From: Chrysomallon squamiferum | Lineage: Eukaryota; Animalia; Mollusca | Length of the DNA stretch: 64,000 bases | Direction: 5' to 3' | Assembly: GCA_012295275.1 (NCBI GenBank) | Contig: CM022667.1 | Location: 18,104,001-18,168,000 of the forward strand | Shown here: piece by piece, positions 1 to 12,400 of the stretch | Layout of the letters: every line of letters begins with the position of its first letter | How positions within the stretch are numbered: position 1 is the first letter of the stretch | The notes under the pieces: generated by a model | What the model was told of the DNA's origin: nothing | Databases searched by the model: none | The model's input: only the letters and a program-made list of their open reading frames with translations | Program-made: the position numbers and the translations under genes

Positions 1-449
1 ATATATATGTATATATGTGTGTATGTCTGTCTGTCTGTACATACGTGTGCATGTAAATGTTTATGTGTCTGTGTTTACATATGTGTGCCTGTATGTAATT
101 TGCTCTGTTGTTTCATTCTAATTTCTAATGTGATTTCACATCTATTATCTAACACTTAAAGCAATCATACACACATAAACATACATACAATACAAACTCA
201 CAAAGAGAGACAGAGAGACAGTGAGAGAGAAACACACACAGCATTATCAATGTTACCAAACAAATATAACAATTGCAAAGTATTTTCTCTAACATTTCAG
301 ATTATTTTTACTATTTGTTAATCACAAATTTATAACAGTTATAACTAAATTTTACCACTGACAAAAGAAAACATTTTGAAAAGTCAGATATGAAAAGAAC
401 CATTCAGTAGTGTTTACAACTTAATTACACAAACAGCTTGGTGTTCCAG

Positions 450-1832
450 CGGTGTCTTCCCATTTGGTAGATTCCCAGTTCGTATAATTCCCATTTCGTA
501 GAAAAACCTGGTTTACTGCAATACCTGATTACCTCTGTATATAATGAACTTGGCCTGTGCATACATCTGGTTTCTTTCGACAAAAATATTATAAATAACT
601 AATTCAGCAAATATAATTTTTAACAAAACATATTTTACATATGAGTAATTTACTTATATTCAGTAAATAGAGTATTTGAACGTTACATTTATCATTAACT
701 TTTCGAATTCAACCGTATTCAGCTTAAACATGTACAAGATATCTGTTACTGATCATATTTACGTTATGCACACATACATATTCAGATTGTGCACATATTA
801 TACAATACATGTGACATAGTATATTAATAGTGTGTACACTAAAGATATTATGACCTGCAAATACTTTGGCTATGACTGAAAAAGTTTATACGAAGGACCA
901 AATCATTGGGAATACTTTTAGATAAATACCTTCTTTTTTAATTATTTACATTCACTATATTCGATACATAGATCATTTCGATATTTGTCATATTTGCATA
1001 CTTTATGCGATAAGCAATATCCATACTACAATAATACCTCAGATTAAAGATGTAATTGGTTCCAAAACTTCCAATAACTAAGTGAGGTAAACGGGAGACT
1101 AATTTACATTGAATTAAGGTTAAAAGCAGTGGTTACTTTCTCGCTGATGAGATCTGACATAAAAAAAAGAGGTGAAATAAGGAGAAATAAAACGGCAGTT
1201 TAGACATAAATGATTTAATAGATTGTAGATATTAAATAAACAGTAAATCATTTACAAATCAATTTATACAAATACATTAAGAAATAAGTATATGCCGCTC
1301 ATTGTGGGTTTTGGTTTCATTTAAGATAATGTATTTTGTTTCTAAAGTTATTATCTTCCGTTTCTTTTATCATCAGCATTTGCCGGTATACTGTTATTCG
1401 TTTTGACATATTGGAAGGGTAAATTACAAACAAGTTTAAGTCTAAATCGAAGCAGAAGACAAAAGAGAATCAGAATATCAGATGCACATATGACGTGTCA
1501 ACTGATCAACACAACTGAGAGAAGCTCGTGAATGAACGAAAAATTAAAGAAAAAGGACTTAAAAACATGCACTGTATACATTTGTATCATTTATTTCGAG
1601 CAATTAACTATTAAATTAAATTTCTATTTATATAATTTGTAAAGAAGAAAGATTGTTAAAGCGTGGTATCGTTAAGCGAGATGTTACTGTATTTATACAA
1701 TAATAATCGCTTTCCAAATAATCTGGAGCAGTTCATTAAAATGACTGAGGTAAAACCAAACATGTCAATAAGACCACTGAACCACATTTAGCCTTTCTAT
1801 GAAATGGGATTCTACCAAATGGGACTAAGCCG
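450..1832. mobile_element. Non-autonomous TIR DNA element (MITE-like, unclassified)
   Basis: Left end cggtgtcttcccatttggtagattccca is an imperfect inverted match to right end tgggattctaccaaatgggactaagccg. It has subterminal CCCATTT repeats, flanks ttccag (444-449) and ttccgg (1833-1838) resembling a 6-bp TSD, and an interior visibly richer in CpG than the flanks. Confidence 0.7.
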
Positions 1833-2081
1833 TTCCGGCAAGCATGATGATTGATCCAGTCTGTGGAATGTATTGTCCTCCCAGTGTCATCACTGTCCAC
1901 TGTGGGTGGCATCTACTGACCACTAGATAGCCACTGTTTGTGATCAGTGCTTTTGCACACAGTAATTGTTATCTGTTTGTTCACTTTATTTTAGTTATGG
2001 GAATTATTTTGAAATTCTTTGATGTCACTTTTTCTAATGATAGTTTCATCCATGATGGATTATTTGCTGTTGTCTGTTCAT

Positions 2082-2212
2082 ATGTACATAGACAGAGGGA
2101 GGTATTCATCTGTAGCTGAGCTACATTTAGTAAATATAACTATACATTGTAGCTTTGAGACATTCTACATTTGAAATTGATGTACATAGACAGAGGGAGG
2201 TATTCATCTGTA
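2082..2212. repeat. 33-bp direct repeat flanking a 65-bp copy of 4265-4328
   Basis: atgtacatagacagagggaggtattcatctgta at 2082-2114 and 2180-2212; the intervening gctgagctacatttag...ttgaaattg is near-identical to 4265-4328. Confidence 0.9.
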
Positions 2213-3406
2213 ACTTATTTTTTTTATTTATATAGAAACTGGACACTGATATTGCTTAGGCATTTAATAAGATTATTTTGTAATAAATGTTTTATTCTTT
2301 CTTTCTTTCTTTCTTTATTTATTATTATTATTATTATTATTATCATTATTATTATTATTATATATATTTTTTTTTACCTGGAACAACTCATTATAGAGAA
2401 TTCAATGACCCTAAAAGGATACTACTTTTAATATTTAATATAAAAAACATAAACAAAACAACAGTATTATTTATTTAATAATTATTCAAGGAATTAATTT
2501 GAAATAATGTATTATAATGTATGGTATCAAATAAATTCTTCTAGTTTTTTAAATTACAAAATTTACAAGCTGTTCAAGATGTTAAAATATAATTTGTGTG
2601 AGTATGTTAAATGTGGATTTATATCAGAGTTTTAGTAAGAGTAGTAATAATAGGAACAACAACAATAACAATAATAATAAAAATAAATAATTTACATATT
2701 ACTTTGTATTTTTCCATTATCATTAATCATTTGAAAAAAGGACAACATTTTTTTAAAAATAACAAAATTTAATAAAATGGATATAATTTCTTTGTAATGT
2801 CTACAACAAGAAAATCTCTTCAAGACTTTTTGTGCCTTTTATAAAACTGAGTGACACTTGTGGCTGATACTTGGTTTGTGTGTGAATGTAATTTGTAAGT
2901 GATGTTGTTACCTTGGTACACACACTCTTAAAAGGTCAACATGTGGTCTTTGTTTGAGGGATGAAACTGTCAGCTTTGATGTTGTGAACAGTGTATCACT
3001 ATTGTGTTACATTGTTGTCACTGCTGTTACTCAATGTTATTTCTCCTGTAACATTTCAACACACTGGCAGGCTTCCCTGCTGTGTTCTTACACTTGTTTC
3101 TTGTGGATGTGAACAGGAACATACAGATGTTTACATTTTTTTATTACACTTACATTCTCTTTTTTTTTTAATCAGTAATAATTGGTTAAATATATCATTT
3201 TGAATAATTATGATTATCACTTACTTTTGTCAGAAACAGCTGATTATTTATTTTTCCCAAACATACATCATCATCTTTGCAATCATTCATGAAGCTAAGT
3301 TAGATGAACTGAAATATGTAATGAATATTTTCTAATTTATAAACAATTCAGTACAGTACATCAAAGATATAGTGTGTGTGTGCTTTCCTTTTCATTTGTT
3401 TTATAA

Positions 3407-3620
3407 AGAAAGGGAGGAAATGCATGATAAACTCAGCACTTTTTATTTATATTTATACATCATAACTTACTCTTCATGATTAGCAGCAACTGATCTTTTT
3501 TATAGGCAGCAGATTTTCATTAAACCAGTTACAGAGCATTGGCTGGATTGAGAAATAGCTTGGAGTGTCCACCATGAGTGACTGATCTGAAATATCACAT
3601 ACTGAGCCAACATCTATTAC
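3407..3620 (-). mobile_element. Degenerate SINE-like fragment
   Basis: Reverse complement contains ataaaaaagatcagttgctgctaatc, similar to cores at 40380-40403 and ~60770-60795. It resembles a tRNA-derived mollusc SINE as I recall it (not searched). Confidence 0.5.
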
Positions 3621-4596
3621 TGAACTTCATTTTGCTTATAAAATCAGTGGCACATGTATTATTAGCCTAATGAATCTTAAGTTTCATGGCCCCTAATCCA
3701 GGAAATGTCTAGGTTAATTTAAAAAAAATTATGTGATCTCTCATGGAACAAACCAACTGAAGAAGATAACAGTGGTTAACCAGTTCCCATTGCTGCTTGT
3801 GAAGAGTCCAACACAGATTAAACTTCATGACTCAAAAATGATAAAATCTTAAAAGCAAAAGATTTAAGCCGTAGTCCTGTCTAATTATCATCTTTCAAGA
3901 TAAATGTTGACTTCCCTGTGTAATTCACACAGCTGTGTGTGTTTTATAACAGTTCTGTCATAAGACTGGTCTTTTGTTATCTCTGATAATAAACACATTC
4001 TTTTTGGAAATGTCCAAGAATAGTTTGTCACTCATAACACTTTTATTTCAGAAGAATCATAAATAAAACACTGAAGAGTTCTAGTTGAAGTGGCAGATAT
4101 CTGGCAGTTTATACAACAGTTTGAATTAGTCATCATGTTGAACAGAAAGAGATGGTTAGAAGTTTGTAGATATTACTGGATTAGTGTTTTAATACCACTG
4201 ACAGTCTCACTTCAGTGAAGAAAAACCTTTCATGATACAGACATTTCCAGCTTTATAGAAATTTGCTGAGCTACATTTAGTAAATATAACATACATTGTA
4301 GCTTTGAGACTGTACATTTGAAATTGATAACTCATATCTACACCTAATAAAGTAATACTGTTACATACTGGTCTTATTATGAGCTGTGCAGCAAAAAATA
4401 CTAATCACTTTACTATGAAACTAAATAATCTTTAACAGTATTTTTAAAATTTTATTTAGGCCTCTTTATACCATATAGTACATTACCTTAAGCTAGCCCT
4501 AACTATGAAGTTGTTTCTTTAGTTATTTTTAATTAATTTCAGTAGTTTTTATTCTTGGTATATATATATATATAAACATTAAAAGAGCAGACAGGT

Positions 4597-4636
<40 letters not shown>

Positions 4637-5023
4637 CATACATACATAGATACATATATACATACATATATATGTTATATGTTACACATAGCTTTTCAAT
4701 ATAATGAGCATCATGAGGTCAGACATGTCAGTAATAGTGGTAACATCTGTACAAGCAGCTCACCACATGAAAGTCACACACACTAGACTGAGCAGTTCTG
4801 TCAGGTAAAGCTGTTTTTATCTGTGAAACACTTGTATGCATGGACAGTTATAGCTCTTTTCTCTGATAGATGTTATCTCAGATACCACTTAATGAGATAG
4901 CTCAAAGAGATAATATGATGTGATAAAAACAAAGGTGCTTTGCCTGACAATCCACAAGGAAAGATGAAAGACACAGGTTTGACAGAAGTGAAAGTTTTAA
5001 AATCATGATTACTTGAGAAGTAA

Positions 5024-5239
5024 ATAAATAAATTAAATGACATTTAAAATCTATTTGTGAGGGTTAATGAAGTAATAGACTAGAAACATTTTGTTGTTCT
5101 TTAGCTGTTGTTTCACTAGTCCCTATATATATATATATATATATATATAGAACCACAGCTAAAGAAGAACAAAATGTTTCTAGTCTATTACTTCATTAAC
5201 CCTCACAAATAGATTTTAAATGTCATTTAATTTATTTAT
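5024..5239. repeat. Inverted repeat with 85-bp arms around a (TA)n-containing loop
   Basis: 5024-5108 is the reverse complement of 5155-5239 with one mismatch seen. Confidence 0.93.
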
Positions 5240-6272
5240 GTGTATATATATATAGACATAATATATATATATATATATTTTTTTTATAATTAGTGTTTGC
5301 TAGTAACAAGCAACACAATTTTAGAGGCTGAACTATAGTAACTGCAAACACTCACACACTCACACACACACACCCACACAAACACACTCACACACACACA
5401 CACATACACACACTTGCTCTTTCAGTGTTTTATTTTTCTAGTTTCTGTGTAAAGCAGGTGTGGAATATTTTCACTTCATCAATATTATCATGTCTTTGTG
5501 ATCTCAAACATTCACTACACGATAAGTGTTGTCCCCAGTGTAGGCAATATTTCATTTCAGAGAAACACAATTTCCTAATCCACCTTTAGTCTCAATGTTG
5601 AAATTAGCTATCTCTAATAAATTCCATATATAAAATATAAACATTCATACAAACAAACAAACCAAAAACAAAAAAAAATGAAAAAAAAAATGTTTGTTAA
5701 TTCTGATTTAAAGCTTACTATATTCATATTATCCATGATGCAGGAAGTGTGTGTGTGTGTGTGAAATCTGTTGTTATCTATCTGTGATTTCTATCTGCCT
5801 GTGTGATATAATCAAAACACACTGAAGTACTAAAGTGCCATACTGCTATCAGGTTTTACCATTATCTTATATACAGAATAATAAAATAATAACAGTAAAA
5901 TTAATAATAATAACAGTAAAATTAATAATAATAACAATAACAAAGAGAACTAATAATACAATAACAACAACAACAACAGTATCAATAAATTTAATAATAA
6001 AATAATAACAGTATTAGTAAAATTAATAATAATAATAACAACAGAAACGTTCATAAAACAACAACCTTTCTGATGCGGTGTTGTATCATTTTCTCACAGA
6101 TCTGTCTCCCACTGTCAGCACTCACTTTAATCAGCAACACACAGGTTTATTTGTGTTGCTATCAGATCTTTATTGAAACAAGATATAAGGAAACATCTCT
6201 TTAAAGAGGTGTTGTTTTCTTTGCTCTGTTTTAATAAGATTGTGAGAGAGGGATTAGTGAAAGAAAAATGTA

Positions 6273-6435
6273 CTTTTGTATTGTAGTAGCAGAAAAGTCT
6301 TTTTATTGTTGTTTTGTATTGAAGTAGCAGAAAAGTGTTTTAATGTTGTTTTGTACTGAAGTAGCAGACAAGTGTTTTAATGTTCTTTTGTACTGAAGTA
6401 GCAGACAAGTGTTTTAATTTTGATTTGTACTGTAC
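6273..6435. repeat. ~37-bp minisatellite, about 4 copies
   Basis: Unit ttttgtaytgaagtagcagamaagtgttttaatgttg. Confidence 0.85.
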
Positions 6436-6494
6436 TACAAGAGACAAGAGTACATATCACCTAATGAATCTGCAGAAAATTTTTAAAAAAAAAA

Positions 6495-9400
6495 GGTGTG
6501 TGGTGTTAAAAGTGGAGTGAGACCACAGACACCTGACTGTAGTACAGGTATAGAGAGAGGTGTGTGGGGTTAAACATGGAGTGTAGTACAGGTATAGAGA
6601 GAGGTGTGTGGTGTTAAACATGGAGTGAGACCACAGACAGGTGACTGTAGTACAGGTATAGAGAGAGGTGTGTGGTGTTAAACGTGGAGTGACACCACAG
6701 ACAGCCGACTGTAGTACAGGTATAGAGAGAGATGTGTGGTGTTAAACATGGAGTGAGACCACAGACAGCCGACTGTAGTACAGGTATAGAGAGAGGTGTG
6801 TGGTATTAAAGGTGGAGTGAGACCACAGACAGCTGACTAGTACAGGTACAGAGAGATGTGTGTGGTGTTAAACATGGACTGTAGTACAGGTATAGAGAGA
6901 TGTGTGTGGTGTTAAACATGGACTGTTGTACAGGTATAGAGAGATGTGTGTGGTGTTAAACATGGACTGTAGTACAGATATAGAGAGGTGTGTGGTGTTA
7001 AACATGGACTGTAATACAGGTATAGAGAGAGATGTGTGGTGTTAAACATGGACTGTAGTACAGGTATAGAGAGAGGTGTTTGGTGTTAAACGTGGACATA
7101 GGAAACATATAGAGAGAGATGTGTGGTGTTAAACATGGAGTTAGACCAAAGACAGCTGGCTATAGTACATGTATAGATAGAGGTGTGTGGTGTTAAACGT
7201 GCAGTGACACCACAGACAGCTGACTGTAGTACAGGTATAGAGAGAGGTGTGTGGTGTTAAACGCGCAGTGACACCACAGACAGCTGACTGTAGTACAGGT
7301 ATAGAGAGAGGTGTGTGGTGTTACTCGTGGAGTGAGACCAAAGACAGCTGACTGTAGTACAGGTATAGAGAGGTGTGTGGTGTTAAACATGGACTCTAGT
7401 ACAGGTATAGAAAGAGGTGTGTGGTGTTAAACATGGAGTGAGACTGTAGTACAGGTATAGAGAGAGGTATGTTGTGTTAAACGTGGAGTGACACCACATA
7501 CAGCTGTCTGTAGTACACGTATAGAGAGACGTGTGTGGTGTTAATCGTGGAGTGAGACCAAACACAGCTGACTGTAGTACAGGTATAGAGAGAGGTGTGT
7601 GGTGTTAAACATGGACTCTAGTACAGGTATAGAAAGAGGTGTGTGGTGTTAAACATGGAGTGAGACTGTAGTACAGGTATAGAGAGAGGTATGTTGTGTT
7701 AAACGTGGAGTGACACCACACACAGCTGACTGTAGTACAGGTATAGAGAGATGTGTGGTGTTAAACATGGACTGTAGTACATGTATAGAGAGAGGTAAGT
7801 GGTGTTACACATGGACTGTAGTACAGGTATAGTGAGAGATGTGTTGTATTAAACATGGAGTGAGACCACAGACAGGTGACTGTAGTACATTTATAGAGAG
7901 AGATGTGTGGTGTTAAACATTGACTGTTGTACAGGTATAGAGAGAGGTGTGTGGTGTTAAACATGGAGTTAGACCAAAGACAGCTGACTGTAGTACAGGT
8001 GTAGATAGAGGTGTGTGGTGTTAAACATGGAGTCAGACCACATAGAGCTGACTGTAGTACAGGTATAGACAGAGGTGTGCGGTGTTAAACGTGGACTGTA
8101 GTACAGATATAGAGAGAGGTGTGTGGTGTTAAACATGGAGTCAGACCACATAGAGCTGACTGTAGTACAGGTATAGAGAGAGGTGTGTTGTGTTAAACGT
8201 GGAGTGTAGTACAGGTATAGACAGAGGTGTGTGGTGTTAAACGTGGACTGTAGTACAGGTATAGACAGAGGTGTGTGGTGTTAAACATGGACTGTAGTAC
8301 AGGTATAGAGAGAGGTGTGTGGTGTTAAACATGGAGTGTAGTACAGGTATAGACAGAGGTGTGTGGTGTTAAACATGGACTGTAGTACAGGTATAGAGAG
8401 AGGTGTGTGGTGTTAAACATGGACTGTAGTACAGGTATAGAGAGAGGTGTGTGGTGTTAAACATGGAGTGTAGTACAGGTATAGACAGAGGTGTGTGGTG
8501 TTAAACATGGACTGTAGTACAGATACAGAGGTGTGTGGTGTTAAACGTGGACTGTAGTACAGGTATAGAGAGGTGTGTGGTGTTAAACATGGACTGTAGT
8601 ACAGATACAGAGGTGTGTGGTGTTAAACGTGGACTGTAGTACAGATACAGAGGTGTGTGGTGTTAAACGTGGACTGTAGTACAGATACAGAGGTGTGTGG
8701 TGTTAAACGTGGACTGTAGTACAGATACAGAGGTGTGTGGTGTTAAACATGGACTGTAGTACAGATAGACAGAGGTGTGTGGTGTTAGAGGTGTGTGGTG
8801 TTAAACATGGACTGTAGTACAGATACAGAGGTGTGTGGTGTTAAACATGGACTGTAGTACAGATACAGAGGTGTGTGGTGTTAAACGTGGACTGTAGTAC
8901 AGATACAGAGGTGTGTGGTGTTAAACATGGACTGTAGTACAGATATAGAGAGAGGTGTGTGGTGTTAAACATGGACTGTAGTACAGATACAGAGGTGTGT
9001 GGTGTTAAACATGGACTGTAGTACAGATACAGAGGTGTGTGGTGTTAAACGTGGACTGTAGTACAGATATAGAGAGAGGTGTGTGGTGTTAAACATGGAC
9101 TGTAGTACAGGTATAGACAGAGGTGTGTGGTGTTAAACGTGGACTGTAGTACAGATACAGAGGTGTGCGGTGTTAAACGTGGACTGTAGTACAGATACAG
9201 AGGTGTGTGGTGTTAAACATGGAGTCAGACCACATAGAGCTGACTGTAGTACAGGTATAGACAGAGGTGTGTGGTGTTAAACGTGGACTGTAGTACAGGT
9301 ATAGACAGAGGTGTGCGGTGTTAAACGTGGACTGTAGTACAGGTATAGAGAGAGGTGTGTGGTGTTAAACATGGAGTGTAGTACAGGTATAGACAGAGGT

Positions 9401-12400
9401 GTGTGGTGTTAAACATGGAGTGTAGTACAGGTATAGAGAGAGGTGTGTGGTGTTAAACGTGGACTGTAGTACAGGTATAGAGAGAGGTGTGTGGTGTTAA
9501 ACATGGACTGTAGTACAGGTATACAGAGGTGTGTGCGGTGTTAAACGTGGAGTGTAGTACAGGTATAGACAGAGGTGTGCGGTGTTAAACGTGGAGTGTA
9601 GTACAGGTATAGACAGAGGTGTGTGGTGTTAAACGTGGAGTGTAGTACAGGTATAGAGAGAGGTGTGTGGTGTTAAACGTGGACTGTAGTACAGGTATAG
9701 ACAGAGGTGTGTGGTGTTAAACGTGGAGTGTAGTACAGGTATAGACAGAGGTGTGTGGTGTTAAACGTGGACTGTAGTACAGGTATAGAGAGAGGTGTGT
9801 GGTGTTAAACATGGACTGTAGTACAGGTATAGACAGAGGTGTGTGGTGTTAAACGTGGACTGTAGTACAGGTATAGAGAGAGGTGTGTGGTGTTAAACGT
9901 GGACTGTAGTACAGGTATAGAGAGGGTGTGTGGTGTTAAACGTGGACTGTAGTACAGATACAGAGGTGTGTGGTGTTAAACGTGGACTGTAGTACAGGTA
10001 TAGAGAGAGGTGTGTGGTGTTAAACATGGACTGTAGTACAGGTATACAGAGGGTGTGTGTGTTAAACATGTGGACTGTAGTACAGGTATAGAGAGGTGTG
10101 TGGTGTTAAACATGGACTGTAGTACAGGTATAGACAGAGGTGTGTGGTGTTAAACATGGACTGTACTGTAGTACAGGTATAGAGAGAGGTGTGTGGTGTT
10201 AAACATGGACAGGTGTGTGTGGTAAACAGGTATAGAGAGGGTGTGTGGTGTTAAACGTGGACTGTAGTACAGGTATAGAGAGAGGTGTGTGGTGTTAAAC
10301 ATGGACTGTAGTACAGGTATAGAGAGAGGTGTGTGGTGTTAAACATGGAGTGAGACCACAGACAGCTGACTGTAGTACAGGTATAGAGAGAGATGTGTGG
10401 TGTTAAACATGGAGTGAGACTGTAGTACAGGTATAGAGAGAGGTGTGTGGTGTTAAACATGGAGTGTAGTACAGGTAGACAAACATGGACTGTAGTACAG
10501 GTGTAGAGTGGTGTGTGGTGTTAAACATGGAGTGTAGTACAGGTATAGAGAGAGGTGTGTGGTGTTAAACATGGACTGTGTAGTACAGGTATATAGAGAG
10601 AGGTGTGTGGTGTTAAACATGGACTGTAGTACAGGTATAGAGAGGTGTGTGGTGTTAAACATGGAGTGAGACCACAGAGCTGTGTACAAACATGGACTGT
10701 AGTACAGGTATAGAGAGGTGTGTGGTGTTAAACATGGACTGTGAGTACAGGTATAGACAGAGGTGTGTGGTGTTAAACATGGACTGTAGTACAGGTATAG
10801 AGAGAGGTGTGTGTTAAACATGTGTTAAACATGGACTGTGTAGGTATAGAGAGAGGTGTGTGGTGTTAAACATGGACTGTAGTACAGGTATAGAGAGGTG
10901 TGTGGTGTTAAACATGGACTGTAGTACAGGTATAGAGAGAGTGTGTGGTGTTAAACATGGACTGTAGTACAGGTATAGAGAGAGAGGTGTGTGGTGTTAA
11001 ACATGGACTGTAGTACAGGTATAGAGAGAGGTGTGTGGTGTTAAACATGGACTGTAGTACAGGTATAGAGAGAGGTGTGTGGTGTTAAACATGGACTGTA
11101 GTACACAGATATACAGTACAGGTGTGTGGTGTGGTGTTAAACATGGACTGTAGTACAGAGTTAAACATGGACTGTAGTACAGGTATAGAGAGGTGTGTGT
11201 GGTGTTAAACATGGACTGTAGTACAGGTATAGAGAGGTGTGTGGTAAACATGGACTGTAGTACAGATACAGGTGTGTGGTGTTAAACATGGAGTGTAGTA
11301 CAGGATACAGGTATAGAGAGAGGTGTGTGGTGTTAAACATGGACTGTAGTACAGGTATAGAGAGGTGTGTGGTGTTAAACATGGACTGTAGTACAGGTAT
11401 AGAGGTGTGTGGTGTTAAACGTGGACTGTAGTACAGGTATAGACAGAGGTGTGTGGTGTTAAACATGGACTGTAGTACAGATATAGAGAGGTGTGTGGTG
11501 TTAAACGTGGACTGTAGTACAGGTATAGAGAGAGAGGTGTGTGTGGTGTTAAACATGGACTGAGTGTAGATAGATAGAGGTGTGTGGTGTTAAACATGGA
11601 CTGTGTTACAGGTATAGAGAGAGGTGTGTGTGTTAAACATGGACTGTAGTACAGGTATAGACAGAGGTGTGTGGTGTTAAACGTGGACTGTAGTGTAGGT
11701 GTGTGGTGTGTGGTGTTAACGTGGACTGTAGTACAGGTATAGAGGGTGTGTGGTGTTAAACATGGACTGTAGTACAGTATATAGAGGTGTGTGTGGTGTT
11801 AAACATGGACTGTAGTACAGGTATAGAGAGGTGTGTGGTGTTAAACATGGACTGTAGTACAGAGAGGTGTGTGTGTGTGGTGTTAAACATGGACTGTAGT
11901 ACAGGTATAGAGAGGTGTGTGTGGTGTTAAACGTGGACTGTAAACAGGTATAGACATGTGGTTAAACATGGACTGTAGACCACATAGAGATACTGTGTGG
12001 TGTTAAACGTGGACTGTAGTACAGGTATAGAGGAGGTGTGTGGTGTTAAACATGGACTGTAGTACAGATAGAGAGAGGTGTGTGGTGTTAAACATGGACT
12101 GTAGTACAGAGGATGTAGTACAGGTATACAGATACAGAGGTGTGTGGTGTTAAACATGGACTGTAGTACAGATAGAGAGGTGTGTGGTGTTAAACGTGGA
12201 CTGTAGTACAGATAGAGAGGTGTGTGTGTGGTGTTAAACATGGATGGACTGTAGTACAGGTATAGACAGAGGTGTGTGGTGTTAAACATGGACTGTAGTA
12301 CAGGTATAGATAGAGGTGTGTGGTGTTAAACATGGACTGTAGTACAGACCATAGAGTAAACAGGACTGTAGATAGAGGTGTGTGGTGTGTGGTGTTAAAC

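Noticed and set aside
2171-2478. Poly-Ile and poly-Tyr ORFs, and similar poly-HT/CV ORFs elsewhere
   Set aside because: They are translations of (ATT)n and (CA)n microsatellites.
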